Notes under the pieces: generated by a model
What the model saw: only the letters and a program-made list of their open reading frames with translations
What the model was told of the DNA's origin: nothing
The model's database searches: none
NCBI GenBank assembly: GCA_013203315.1
Contig: JABMQJ010000001.1
Location: forward strand, 1 to 64,000
Reading direction: 5' to 3'
DNA: 64,000 nt
Source: Candidatus Omnitrophota bacterium
Lineage (GTDB): Bacteria; Omnitrophota; Gorgyraeia; JABMRN01; RBG-13-46-9
Made by a program: the position numbers and the translations under genes
In this document: piece after piece, positions 29,258 to 38,165 of the stretch
Layout of the letters: every line of letters starts with the position of its first letter
Position numbering within the stretch: the first letter of the stretch is position 1

Positions 29258-29671
29258 TTATTTCAAAAAATCCATGTAAATCGCCAGCAGCAACGCTGCT
29301 GCGGATAAAACAAATATAAAAAAGTAATTTATTCTTTCTTTCCTGGACCCCACGCCGCAAAGAATAGCGCCTATTGTCTCGTAGTCTTTCTTTTCGAGAT
29401 TTTTTTGATTGTTAATTTTGCTGATAAGGCCCTGCTTTGCTATTAGCCTTGCCCTGTTTTGATTTATTCTGTATTTATAAATAAAAAATGCCAGGAATCC
29501 GCCTATTCCTACATACCATGCTATCTTAGCATAAAGCGGGTTTAGGTGCATTAAAACAGTTACAAGCCTGACAGCTACTGTTGCTATAAGCCCTATTACA
29601 ACGAAACCCCACGAAGCCAGGGAATCTTTACAATTTTTGTATTCACTGCACTTTATACATGTTTTTTTCAT
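29258..29671 (-). CDS. Hypothetical membrane protein with N-terminal CxxC..C
   Basis: 3 TM helices, operon-coupled. Confidence 0.7.
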   Translation of the reverse strand: MKKTCIKCSEYKNCKDSLASWGFVVIGLIATVAVRLVTVLMHLNPLYAKIAWYVGIGGFLAFFIYKYRINQNRARLIAKQGLISKINNQKNLEKKDYETIGAILCGVGSRKERINYFFIFVLSAAALLLAIYMDFLK

Positions 29672-30381
29672 TAGTATCCCGCGAAATTCTCAATCCTGAT
29701 TTTATCGTTCCCAAGTGCAAGCTTATCTTTAAGGACACTCACCATGGCCCCTACCATGTTTGGAGGGCCGCATATATAAAATATTCTTTCTTTGTAATCC
29801 GGAATTTCCTCTTTTATCATGGCATCGGTTATATAACCGGTTCTGCCCTTCCATATTTTTTTATCTATGTCAGGCGAGGTGAGCGTGTGCACAACACGCA
29901 AGTTGCCGCGCCCGGCCATGTCTTCGAAATCTTTCTCGAATATAATATTATCTTCCGTGCGGTTACTGTATAGTAATACTATATCCGTTTTTAGCTTTTT
30001 GTCTATGACAAATTTACACATGCTCCTTATCGGAGTAATCCCTATGCCGCCTGAAAGAAACGCTATTTTTTCACATTCCCCTTCAAATGTGAATTTGCCG
30101 AGGGGCATCTTTATTTTTGCGATGTCGCCGGTTTTTAGCTTGTCCAGGGCCTTTGAAAATTCGCTTTCTGTTATTCTTTTTGTAAATTCGATGTAACCTG
30201 TTTCCGTAGGTGAGTTCGAAAACGAAAAATGCTTTGCCTTATCCTCGTTACCTACCTTGATCGTAAGCGTAAAAAACTGGCCCGGCTTGAAGCCTTCCCC
30301 CGGTTTTTCTCCGAACCTGAAGCTTTTCACGGTATTTGTCCGCTCTATTACATCTATAACGCGCGTTTCGAATTCAACCAT
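29671..30381 (-). CDS. FNR-family FAD/NAD(P)H oxidoreductase
   Basis: FKPGQF, FSFSNSP, GGIGITP, YICGPPNM, ENF. Confidence 0.9.
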   Translation of the reverse strand: MVEFETRVIDVIERTNTVKSFRFGEKPGEGFKPGQFFTLTIKVGNEDKAKHFSFSNSPTETGYIEFTKRITESEFSKALDKLKTGDIAKIKMPLGKFTFEGECEKIAFLSGGIGITPIRSMCKFVIDKKLKTDIVLLYSNRTEDNIIFEKDFEDMAGRGNLRVVHTLTSPDIDKKIWKGRTGYITDAMIKEEIPDYKERIFYICGPPNMVGAMVSVLKDKLALGNDKIRIENFAGY

Positions 30382-30382
30382 T

Positions 30383-30790
30383 CTATTTACCTTTTTTAAT
30401 CAAGGATCCTATGCTAATTGATTTTAAATCGGATACTATGTGTTTCTGTATCATGTCCAATTTTCCTTTTAAGGCGCAGGTCCTGATGTGAGGGCACAGG
30501 CTTTTTTTGAAAATATGTTCGTTGCATTTTAAAGGCCCCTGGAATATTTTCATTACATCGGCAACGAATATCGCGCCGGCGGCGCGTGATAATTCAAAAC
30601 CCCCGCCTTTTCCTTTATAGGATTTCAGGAGCCCCGACTTATTCATGCGCTGTAATATCTTCCGCAGGAAGGGGCGCGGAATTTTCAAATCGCGCACCAG
30701 TTTCTTTACCGAAACTATGCTCTTTTTGCGCTTTGCGATATAGCAAAGCGCCCTTATCGCGTAATCAGTGTCTCGTGTAACTAATTTCAT
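30383..30790 (-). CDS. Rrf2 family transcriptional regulator
   Basis: DYAIRAL, FLRKILQ, SYKGKGGGF, Cys/His-rich C-terminal segment. Confidence 0.93.
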   Translation of the reverse strand: MKLVTRDTDYAIRALCYIAKRKKSIVSVKKLVRDLKIPRPFLRKILQRMNKSGLLKSYKGKGGGFELSRAAGAIFVADVMKIFQGPLKCNEHIFKKSLCPHIRTCALKGKLDMIQKHIVSDLKSISIGSLIKKGK

Positions 30791-31341
30791 ATGCTATGCG
30801 CCACCACTTCCGATAAAACAACAATATCTTCGGTTCCAAAAATATCCGTAATGCTTTTGTCAAAAAGAAGATTGGCTTCCGGCCCAAATTCTTCATCCCC
30901 GCGCCAGAGCGTTATAAGGAAAGGCGTGCTCTCCTCGATTGTATCCAAGACTACGCTTACGTCCGCAAGCTCGGCTTTTTTAGCTCTGAAGCGCTCAACT
31001 AGCGTTAAAAGGGCTTCGGGATTTTTACCGTACTTTCGCGTAATCGTATTAATTACACGCTTCTTAAAATTTGGATAATACCCTTCGCCGCCTACTAATT
31101 CCTTAAAAGAGATCCACTCGCCCTTTATTGAAGGCAGTCCTTTGATTTTGCGTATCAGGTAATGCAAAATCAAAATGGACGTATAAACTTTTGCTGGAAC
31201 GTTGCATGAAACGGAAAAAACGGTTTTCTTGTCTACGTTAACCTCGTAATCATCGCCCAAAAACCGCAAAGAATGAGTCCTCTCCTCCATAACTTGCGCA
31301 AGACGCTCCCACGCATTGTTTAAAGCGACTTCGTATTCCAT
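30787..31341 (-). CDS. DUF3786 family protein
   Basis: ILILHYL, WISFKEL.GG..Y, WRGDEEFGPEANLLFD; start at 31341 coupled (TAATG) to the rubredoxin stop. Confidence 0.85.
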   Translation of the reverse strand: MEYEVALNNAWERLAQVMEERTHSLRFLGDDYEVNVDKKTVFSVSCNVPAKVYTSILILHYLIRKIKGLPSIKGEWISFKELVGGEGYYPNFKKRVINTITRKYGKNPEALLTLVERFRAKKAELADVSVVLDTIEESTPFLITLWRGDEEFGPEANLLFDKSITDIFGTEDIVVLSEVVAHSI

Positions 31342-31499
31342 TAAACCGGCTCGAACTTGTCTTTCCCAACCCCGCATTCCGGGCAAACCCAGTTCTCCGG
31401 TAAGCTTTCAAAAGATGTTCCGGGCTTTGCGCCGCTTTCCGGGTCGCCTTTTTCAGGATCATACACATACTGGCATATGGTGCATACGTATTGTTGCAT
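31341..31499 (-). CDS. Rubredoxin (52 aa, not in ORF track)
   Basis: [52 protein letters not shown]; AGGAAGG RBS. Confidence 0.95.
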   Translation of the reverse strand: MQQYVCTICQYVYDPEKGDPESGAKPGTSFESLPENWVCPECGVGKDKFEPV

Positions 31500-31509
31500 G
31501 CCTTCCTCC

Positions 31510-31731
31510 TTATACTGATATAACTTCTTTTACTTCAGGCACTTCTTGTTTTACAATTCTTTCAACGCCGGCTTTTAAGGTCATCTGGCTCATTGGGCAA
31601 CATCCGCATGCGCCGGTGAGTTTCACCTTGACGACGCCATCAGGTGTAACGTCTACAAGCACAACGTCTCCGCCGTCAGCCTGAAGTGATGGTCTTATTT
31701 TGTTTAGTGCAGCTTCTACTCTTTCTTTCAT
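31510..31731 (-). CDS. Stand-alone Nfu (NifU C-terminal) domain protein
   Basis: [29 protein letters not shown]. Confidence 0.93.
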   Translation of the reverse strand: MKERVEAALNKIRPSLQADGGDVVLVDVTPDGVVKVKLTGACGCCPMSQMTLKAGVERIVKQEVPEVKEVISV

Positions 31732-31751
31732 TTTGACCTCCGATTTTTTTA

Positions 31752-32240
31752 CTATTTTCTTTTTACAAGCTCTCCGTCTACCTCAGAAATACCTTTTTCG
31801 TCTTTTCCTGCTTTACTGATTTTCTCGAGAATCCCGGCCGGTGTGGCCTCTTCCTCTTTCTGCTCTTTCACGTACCACTGCAAAAAGTCCTCTGTGGTTT
31901 TATCGTTTTCCTCCTGGGCCAGTTTAACGAGGTTATTGATTAACCCCGTAACTTTCTTTTCGTGCGCGAGGGTCTTTTCGAAAAGGTCCGGGCCTGAAGT
32001 GAAATCCTGCGGCGGATTATCAATAGCCTTTAGCGTGACCCTTTGGCCCTCTGCGTGCACGTAATCAAACATCTTTTTCGCGTGAAAAATCTCTTCGTTC
32101 CACTGCTTATAAAACCAGTTGGCAAAACCGGCTAGCCCTTTTGACGCCGCATATGCGGACATCCCGAGATAAAAGTAAGCAGAGTATATTTCCTTATTAA
32201 TCTGCTCATCTAAAGCGTCTGTCATCTTTTTACTTAACAT
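31752..32240 (-). CDS. ftnA: Non-heme ferritin
   Basis: QINKEIYSAYFY, EE..HA, HEKKVT, FLQWYVKEQKEEE. Confidence 0.93.
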   Translation of the reverse strand: MLSKKMTDALDEQINKEIYSAYFYLGMSAYAASKGLAGFANWFYKQWNEEIFHAKKMFDYVHAEGQRVTLKAIDNPPQDFTSGPDLFEKTLAHEKKVTGLINNLVKLAQEENDKTTEDFLQWYVKEQKEEEATPAGILEKISKAGKDEKGISEVDGELVKRK

Positions 32241-32493
32241 TTTTCCCTCCCTCTTTCGTTTTCTTATTGTTTAGATATTTCTTATAAAGTTTTTCTCCTA
32301 CGCACTCTTTGCCATATTTACACCAATCAAGGCATGTTGCGCCCCCGTTTCGTAATACGGTTTTTTTGCACTTCGGGCACCTCGCCTTCACCTCATCTGT
32401 CCATATCTCCATCTCTTCGCTGCAAAAAGGGCATTTTATACTCTCTGGATGCGGCTGACTAAAACTTTGTGACCCCGGACACTTAAAATTCAT
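32230..32493 (-). CDS. Small Cys-rich (zinc-ribbon/Fe-S) protein
   Basis: CPG, CPFC..E.EIWTDE...CPKC, CLDWC.Y..EC. Confidence 0.8.
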   Translation of the reverse strand: MNFKCPGSQSFSQPHPESIKCPFCSEEMEIWTDEVKARCPKCKKTVLRNGGATCLDWCKYGKECVGEKLYKKYLNNKKTKEGGKNVK

Positions 32494-33323
32494 TTCCTAT
32501 CCCCTTTAATGCCGATATTAACGTCAGTAAACGGTATATTTTTACCTGAGGCCGCAAGCGCTTCCTGAACAATATTCAAAAGCCCGAAACAGCAAGGGAC
32601 CTCCATATGCGCGCAGGTTACTGACTTTATGTTATTGGTTTTAAAGATTTCGGTGAACTTGTTCTTGTAGTATTCCGCGTCGTCTAACTTGGGACAGCCT
32701 ACCAGCAGGATCTTCCCCTTCAATAAATCATCCTGGAAGCCTGCGTATGCGAATGAAGTGCAATCCGCCGCTATGAGTAAATCCGAGTTGTCAAGATACG
32801 GAGCAAATGCCGGGACAAGCTTGATCTGGACCGGCCAGTTCTCGAGTTGCGACACGCCGCTTGGAGTGACTCCGCCCTTTTTGGTTTCTTTTCCGCGTAA
32901 ATCCACTATTTTCGTTCCGGGACATCCAGAAGGTCCGCCGGCGTGCTTGTGCGCGTACGCTTTTTCAGTTAACGGGTTTTTTATGCCCTTTTCCTTCAGG
33001 ACCTCTAATGCCTGATTTAGAAATTTTGTCTCTCCGTGTTCTTTCAGGTGTTCAAGGTGCGCTATTATTACGTTCTTCCCCTGTTTTACAATATTTTGCA
33101 TTACTTTCTTTTCATCGTACTTTTCGGCTTCTCTTTCCTCTATATTTATCGCCCCTTCCGGACAATGCCCTATGCAGGCGCCCAGGCCGTCACAGAATAG
33201 ATCACTTATAAGACGCGCCTTTCCGTCTATAATTTGAAGCGCCCCTTCCGGACAGTTTGGAATACACAGACTGCAACCGTTGCATTTCTTCTCATCGATT
33301 TTTATTATTTTTCTCTTTGCCAT
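32490..33323 (-). CDS. [4Fe-4S] ferredoxin-domain oxidoreductase
   Basis: Two CxxCxxCxxxCP-type motifs; WPVQIKLV, IAADC, GCPKLD, MEVPCC; start at 33323 after GGAGG. Confidence 0.85.
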   Translation of the reverse strand: MAKRKIIKIDEKKCNGCSLCIPNCPEGALQIIDGKARLISDLFCDGLGACIGHCPEGAINIEEREAEKYDEKKVMQNIVKQGKNVIIAHLEHLKEHGETKFLNQALEVLKEKGIKNPLTEKAYAHKHAGGPSGCPGTKIVDLRGKETKKGGVTPSGVSQLENWPVQIKLVPAFAPYLDNSDLLIAADCTSFAYAGFQDDLLKGKILLVGCPKLDDAEYYKNKFTEIFKTNNIKSVTCAHMEVPCCFGLLNIVQEALAASGKNIPFTDVNIGIKGDRK

Positions 33324-33348
33324 AATGCTCTCCCTCCCTTGTTGCCTA

Positions 33349-33378
33349 AATGATACCACTTTAGTATCATTATGTCAA
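33349..33378 (-). promoter_or_regulatory. Sigma70 promoter with palindromic operator AATGATAC-N7-GTATCATT
   Basis: TTGACA-N17-TATCAT on minus; palindrome at 33349-33371. Confidence 0.85.
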
Positions 33379-33387
33379 GGGATTTAT

Positions 33388-34353
33388 TTACTTTTTTAAA
33401 GCCCCTTCGCAGCTTGAGCCCGCGCCTGCCGTACAGCAGTAACAGTGATTTTCGAAAATTATTTCCCTCTCCTGCAATTCATCAGGGCTTATGTCACTTA
33501 CCTTTATCGTTTTATCACTCTTATCCTTAAGGGACAAGTTGAGCGCCTGGTTAAAGTCGCAATCGTACAAAGTACCGTCCCAACCGACGCTTAACAGTTT
33601 GCGGCACATTATATTACCGGCTACGTTCTCATTAAAATTATCCATTAAGAGTTTCATGTACTTGTCAAAATTGCCGTTTGCCTTAAGATACTGTTCAAAT
33701 CTTTTTATCGGGGCATTCGTGATCGTCAAAAGATAGCTGAATGTCACCTGATACTTTTCTTTTAGAACTTTTTTGTAGTCTCTTTCGAGTCCGGACTGTT
33801 CTCCCGGTAAAACAGCGCCTCCCGGGTTATAGACAAGGTCAAGCACGAGATTTTCTTCTTTCCCGTATCCTAATTCATTGAGAATCCTGAGCGCTTTAAT
33901 GCTCTTGTCAAAAACACCTTCGCCTCTTTGCTTGTCCACGTTCTCCCGGGTATAACAGGGCATCGAGCAAACAAGGTGGACACCTTGATCCTTGTAAAAT
34001 TGCGCCATGCCCTCCATGCCCGGCTCAAGTAATACTGTAAGGTTACTTCTTACCTTTATTTCTTTTGCGTGTGGTTTGGCTTTTTCTATAAAATACTTAA
34101 AGTTAGGGTTAAGTTCGGGACACCCGCCTGTTACATCCAGGATAAGGTCCTTCTTTTTGGATAAAAATATTACGATATCGCCCATCACTTCTTTGGACAT
34201 TATTTTAGCGCCACTCGGGCTTGCGTCAACATGGCAGTGCGCGCACTGCTGGTTACATCTATTGCCTAGATTCACTTGTAGCGTCTCCGGGTTAACGCGC
34301 CTTGAATAGGTTCTATCAATTGTGTAGACCTTTTCCTTAAAATCGCTTTTCAT
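33388..34353 (-). CDS. arsS: Radical SAM protein, ArsS/TIGR04167 family
   Basis: TLQVNLG..CNQQCAHCHV, MCR..LSVGWDG.LYDCDFNQ, HCYCCTAGAGSSC. Confidence 0.88.
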   Translation of the reverse strand: MKSDFKEKVYTIDRTYSRRVNPETLQVNLGNRCNQQCAHCHVDASPSGAKIMSKEVMGDIVIFLSKKKDLILDVTGGCPELNPNFKYFIEKAKPHAKEIKVRSNLTVLLEPGMEGMAQFYKDQGVHLVCSMPCYTRENVDKQRGEGVFDKSIKALRILNELGYGKEENLVLDLVYNPGGAVLPGEQSGLERDYKKVLKEKYQVTFSYLLTITNAPIKRFEQYLKANGNFDKYMKLLMDNFNENVAGNIMCRKLLSVGWDGTLYDCDFNQALNLSLKDKSDKTIKVSDISPDELQEREIIFENHCYCCTAGAGSSCEGALKK

Positions 34354-34355
34354 TT

Positions 34356-35786
34356 TTACCTTAATATTTTGATGAAGAATTTCATCATGGCTTTAAACCA
34401 ACCCGAAGACATGACCGACATATAACGCTGGTCAGCGGAACTTTTAACAACTTGAGACAATGTCGGATATATGTGTATAGATGAGCTTAATTTATCAATG
34501 CTTAGCTTTGCCGACTTGGCAAGCACATATTCATGTATGAGCTCTCCTGCATTTGCCCCTACTATGTGCGCGCCAAGGATCTTGCCTTTCTTATCGCAAA
34601 TAACCTTAGCCATCCCCTCCTTTTGGAGATCCGTAACAGCCCTATCGTTTGCGCTATATTGGGATCTGTATACATTTACATTCTTATATTGCGAGCGCGC
34701 CTCAACTTCGGTAAGCCCGAGGTGCGCAAGTTCGGGTTCTGTAAATGTGCACCAGGGCACAGCGCCATAGTCGACCGCTCGCTTGAAAGGAAGAAGCGCG
34801 TTACCCAGGGCAATAATTGCCTGGTATTCTGCGATGTGGCTAAATTGATACGGCCCTACAATATCTCCGGCTGCGTATATATTTGGAGCGTCTGTTTTTA
34901 ACGTCTTATCTGCCTCTATACCTTTATTACTATACTTAACTCCGGCTTTTTCCAAGTCAAGGCCCCGAACGTTAGCAGATCTGCCAACCGCGACAAGAAC
35001 CCTTTCAGAGGTAACCGTGGAAAGTTTTTTATCTTTGTCTTCGATGGTTACGGTAACGCTTTGTCTGTTTTTACTGAACTTAACCGCTTTTTTACCTGCA
35101 TAAATTTTCACGCCGTCTTTTACGAGGTTTTCGCGTAGTACCCGGGCAAGTTCCTCGTCTTCCCTGAAAAGTATCCTGTCAAACATCTCTACGATCGAAA
35201 CCTTAACGCCGAGCCTCGCAAGCGCCTGGGATAGCTCTATGCCGATGGGGCCTCCGCCAAGAACCGTTATCGATTCCGGGAGCGCTTCCAGATCGAAGAT
35301 GTTTTCATTGGTAAGATAGTCGATGTCTTTGAGGCCCTCTATGGGTGGGACCATTGGATGCGAACCCGTGCATATGATAAATCTCTTTGCGGACATGCGC
35401 TTACCGTCTAATAATATGGTTTTATTATCAACGAATTTGGGAGCCCCGAAAAGTACCTTTATGCCTTTTTTTTCAAAAACACCGGCGGGATGGTGAGAGC
35501 TTATTTCCTTTATAATACTTCTTACGTGCGGCATTACGTTGTCGGTGTCAAATTTTGCGCCTTGTGCGGAGGATATTCCGTATTTGTCCGAGTGCTTAAG
35601 CAGCGAAAAAACCTGAGATGACTTTAAGAGCGCTTTAGAGGGAATACATCCGTACCACGTACAGTCGCCACCCAGTTTATTCTTCTCAATAAGGGCCGTC
35701 TTAGCACCCATCATGGCTCCACCCGTAGCTGCCACTAGGCCCGCCGCTCCGCCGCCTATAACGATTAGATCGTAATCAGGTTTCAT
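34356..35786 (-). CDS. Class-I pyridine nucleotide-disulfide oxidoreductase (LpdA/MerA-like)
   Basis: GGGAAG, GGDCTWYGCIPSK, GGGPIG.E, HIYPT; no MerA C-terminal Cys pair. Confidence 0.88.
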   Translation of the reverse strand: MKPDYDLIVIGGGAAGLVAATGGAMMGAKTALIEKNKLGGDCTWYGCIPSKALLKSSQVFSLLKHSDKYGISSAQGAKFDTDNVMPHVRSIIKEISSHHPAGVFEKKGIKVLFGAPKFVDNKTILLDGKRMSAKRFIICTGSHPMVPPIEGLKDIDYLTNENIFDLEALPESITVLGGGPIGIELSQALARLGVKVSIVEMFDRILFREDEELARVLRENLVKDGVKIYAGKKAVKFSKNRQSVTVTIEDKDKKLSTVTSERVLVAVGRSANVRGLDLEKAGVKYSNKGIEADKTLKTDAPNIYAAGDIVGPYQFSHIAEYQAIIALGNALLPFKRAVDYGAVPWCTFTEPELAHLGLTEVEARSQYKNVNVYRSQYSANDRAVTDLQKEGMAKVICDKKGKILGAHIVGANAGELIHEYVLAKSAKLSIDKLSSSIHIYPTLSQVVKSSADQRYMSVMSSGWFKAMMKFFIKILR

Positions 35787-35800
35787 CTATTTTTCTTTCC

Positions 35801-35980
35801 TCATTGCGGCTTCATCTGAGTTTTTAAATAATTATAGCACTTTTTGCATATTCCATCTTCCTCTTTCCAATCAGGGTGTTTCTTTTTTATTTCGTTAATG
35901 ATGTGCTCTTCGGTGTGCGGTATAATAACGAGTAATTCTCTGGGAAGTGATTTCCCGCATGTAGGGCAAGTAAATTCCAT
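35801..35980 (-). CDS. 59-aa CxxC/HxxxH/CxxC metal-binding protein (not in ORF track)
   Basis: MEFTCPTCGKSLPRELLVIIPHTEEHIINEIKKKHPDWKEEDGICKKCYNYLKTQMKPQ; GGAGGA RBS; fills the operon gap. Confidence 0.85.
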   Translation of the reverse strand: MEFTCPTCGKSLPRELLVIIPHTEEHIINEIKKKHPDWKEEDGICKKCYNYLKTQMKPQ

Positions 35981-35992
35981 AATGTCCTCCTC

Positions 35993-36676
35993 TTATTTTT
36001 TGTTTCGTTTTTTAACACGCGTGTAAATTAAAGGTATTGCTATAATAAGAATAAGTAAACCAAGCGCAACCAAAAACTCCGTAGAAAGTAAATCTTTAAG
36101 GTTTTTTACTTCGCCGAGCGTTCCCCCGAAAAACGCGGATATTACAACCCCCGGGATAATGCCTAAAAACGTCGCCAAAAAATAATCTTTTAATTTTATC
36201 TTTGAAAGCCCACAGGCGTAGTTTAATACTTCGTAGGGCACTATCGGGATAAGTCTGAAGAGAAGAACTGTTACGAACCCCTTTCTTTCCAGGAGCTCGT
36301 TCAGTTTTTTACCCTTGCCCTTAAGTATCCTGTCAACCAGGCTCCTTCCGAAGAATCGCGATATGAAAAAGGTGGAAGTTGTTCCGAGCATAGCACCTGT
36401 CATTAAATACACGGCACCCCAGACTTTACCGAAGGCAAGGCCTGCCGTAAGTGAAAGTAGGGCTATCGGCGGGATGATCGAAATCGTATTCAAGGCATAT
36501 GCTATTATGTATATGACAGCGGCAAGGGTTCCGAAACCCTGTATGTAATCCCTTATGCTTGAGGGCGTGAGAGACTCCAGGTTGAGGCACTGGCATTTTA
36601 CTATCCACCAGATACCTGCTACAAGTAAAACCCCTATGAGTACTTTAACTAAATTTTTAAGAATCTTCGTGTCCAT
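35993..36676 (-). CDS. TVP38/TMEM64 (DedA/VTT) family membrane protein
   Basis: AGLAFG, FFISRFFGR, RLIPIVPY..LNY..GLS. Confidence 0.92.
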   Translation of the reverse strand: MDTKILKNLVKVLIGVLLVAGIWWIVKCQCLNLESLTPSSIRDYIQGFGTLAAVIYIIAYALNTISIIPPIALLSLTAGLAFGKVWGAVYLMTGAMLGTTSTFFISRFFGRSLVDRILKGKGKKLNELLERKGFVTVLLFRLIPIVPYEVLNYACGLSKIKLKDYFLATFLGIIPGVVISAFFGGTLGEVKNLKDLLSTEFLVALGLLILIIAIPLIYTRVKKRNKK

Positions 36677-37296
36677 TTCGCCGATTTTTTATTTTTCTTT
36701 AGATCCCTAACAAGACGAAACAATTCAAGCGGTGTGTCAACATCATACCACTTATCCAAAAGAGCTACTTTTTTCTTAAGGCGCTTTGCCTTTTTAAGAG
36801 TGTCGCCCAACACCTCTTGAGAGCTCCATTTTATATTACTAAAGAGGGCACCACAAGGCTTTTTAAGTCCTATCAGGTAATACCCACCGTCACGGCTCGG
36901 CCCCAATACGAGGTCGTTTTTCTCGAGCTTGCGGAATGCTTTTTTAACGAGATCGGAAGGCAGGTTAGGGGCATCCGAACCGATAATAAGCGTTTTCGAA
37001 TCCTCGTCTTTCGAGGCGTTCCTGAAAGCATTGTGCATTCTCCGGCCGAGATCTTTCCCCTTTTGCCTGTAGAATTTAAAGCGCGGCGCTATTTTTTTAA
37101 GGCTTCCGGGATTTTTTGATCTTGAATCATAAGCCATTATCCTCCGGTCGCATTTCACGCTTTTTGCAAGGTTCACGGTGTCTTTTAAAAAAGCCTTATA
37201 TAAATCCACGCGATCCGTATCAGAGAGAAAGCTCGATAGTCTTGTTTTTATATCGTGTTTTTTCGGTTCTTTCGCGAAAATGACTAAATTCTTCAT
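36649..37296 (-). CDS. DUF2064/TIGR04282 family transferase
   Basis: IFAKEP...KTRL, QKG.DLG.RM, IIGSDAP, LGPSRDGGYYLIG, WS, DVDT. Confidence 0.9.
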   Translation of the reverse strand: MKNLVIFAKEPKKHDIKTRLSSFLSDTDRVDLYKAFLKDTVNLAKSVKCDRRIMAYDSRSKNPGSLKKIAPRFKFYRQKGKDLGRRMHNAFRNASKDEDSKTLIIGSDAPNLPSDLVKKAFRKLEKNDLVLGPSRDGGYYLIGLKKPCGALFSNIKWSSQEVLGDTLKKAKRLKKKVALLDKWYDVDTPLELFRLVRDLKKNKKSAKWTRRFLKI

Positions 37297-37967
37297 CTCA
37301 AATCTTCATACAGATCTTTTATTTTATCAAGCGGGAATTTCAGGCAGTGTAATAACGTTACGTAATTATGTAGTAATATGGTGCTAAGCACTCCCTTTTT
37401 CTCCCATCTTCTCGGAGAAACGCTAACCTTGTTGCATAACACAACGGTTCTGCCTGACCTTCGCAACTTTCTAGTGAAAAGCACGTCCTCCATGATCGGG
37501 ACTTCGGGGAAACCTTTAAGTTTTAAGAATTTATCTTTTTTTGTAAATATTGCCTGATCACCGTAAAAGACTTTAGTAGCCCTGGCTCTTAAGTTACCCT
37601 GCATTTCAAGTATCCTATATATCAGTCCTTTTCTATCTATCCTTTGCGTAAGGCAACCGCCTACACAACTGCTATTTTTTAATCGTTTTTCAACGGCCGC
37701 GACTGTTCTGGGAGAAATTACATTATCGGCGTGTAAGAATAGGAGGATATTGCTTTCGGCGTGCCCTGCCCCACAATTCATCTGGAGGGCACGGCCCTTG
37801 CCGGTGCGCACTACTTTGCCATAAACCTTAGCGACTTCTACACTTCTGTCAGAGCTACCGCCGTCTACAAAGATGAGCTCCGCTTTTTCGGCAAGCCTGC
37901 GAAACCCGGGCAGGTTCTTTGACAGGATCTTTTCTTCGTTATATATGGGAATAATTATGCTAACCAT
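37293..37967 (-). CDS. GT2 glycosyltransferase, TIGR04283 family
   Basis: SIIIPIYNE, VDGGSSD, GRALQMN, FLHAD, YGDQ, PIMEDV, SPRRW; likely start ATG 37967. Confidence 0.9.
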   Translation of the reverse strand: MVSIIIPIYNEEKILSKNLPGFRRLAEKAELIFVDGGSSDRSVEVAKVYGKVVRTGKGRALQMNCGAGHAESNILLFLHADNVISPRTVAAVEKRLKNSSCVGGCLTQRIDRKGLIYRILEMQGNLRARATKVFYGDQAIFTKKDKFLKLKGFPEVPIMEDVLFTRKLRRSGRTVVLCNKVSVSPRRWEKKGVLSTILLHNYVTLLHCLKFPLDKIKDLYEDLR

Positions 37968-37983
37968 GTCCCCTAACACTTCG

Positions 37984-38037
37984 TGGGGACAGATCTCTCA
38001 TCAAGCATGCTTAACAAGATGAGGAGATCCGTCCCCA
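37984..38037. repeat. GGGACAG-type REP-like hairpin
   Basis: TGGGGACAGATCTC...GAGATCCGTCCCCA; similar GGGACAG/CTGTCCC pairs at 2119-2178 and 58378-58401. Confidence 0.7.
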
Positions 38038-38053
38038 TATTTTTTCGGGCAGT

Positions 38054-38137
38054 TTAGAGTCTTACCCGGGACGATCTACTGCAGCCTTCGTCACAATGTG
38101 CTACAGGGCGTAACATGTACCTAATTGTAATTTGCAT
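38054..38137 (-). CDS. 27-aa Cys-containing peptide heading the arsS cluster (not in ORF track)
   Basis: AAGGAGG 7 nt before ATG; MQITIRYMLRPVAHCDEGCSRSSRVRL; directly downstream of a consensus-like promoter. Confidence 0.7.
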   Translation of the reverse strand: MQITIRYMLRPVAHCDEGCSRSSRVRL

Positions 38138-38165
38138 CTTAATCCCTCCTTTTTAGTTCTGTATT

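Noticed and set aside
33388-33430. Selenocysteine read-through in ArsS
   Set aside because: The GSSC position is encoded by TGC and the ORF is uninterrupted.
34356-35786. Mercuric reductase MerA
   Set aside because: No NmerA domain, no C-terminal Cys-Cys and no mer genes nearby.
38040-38085. tRNA-Pyl-like words (GTAGATCG, GACTCTAAA)
   Set aside because: No cloverleaf, T-arm or acceptor stem; the words lie within the peptide ORF.
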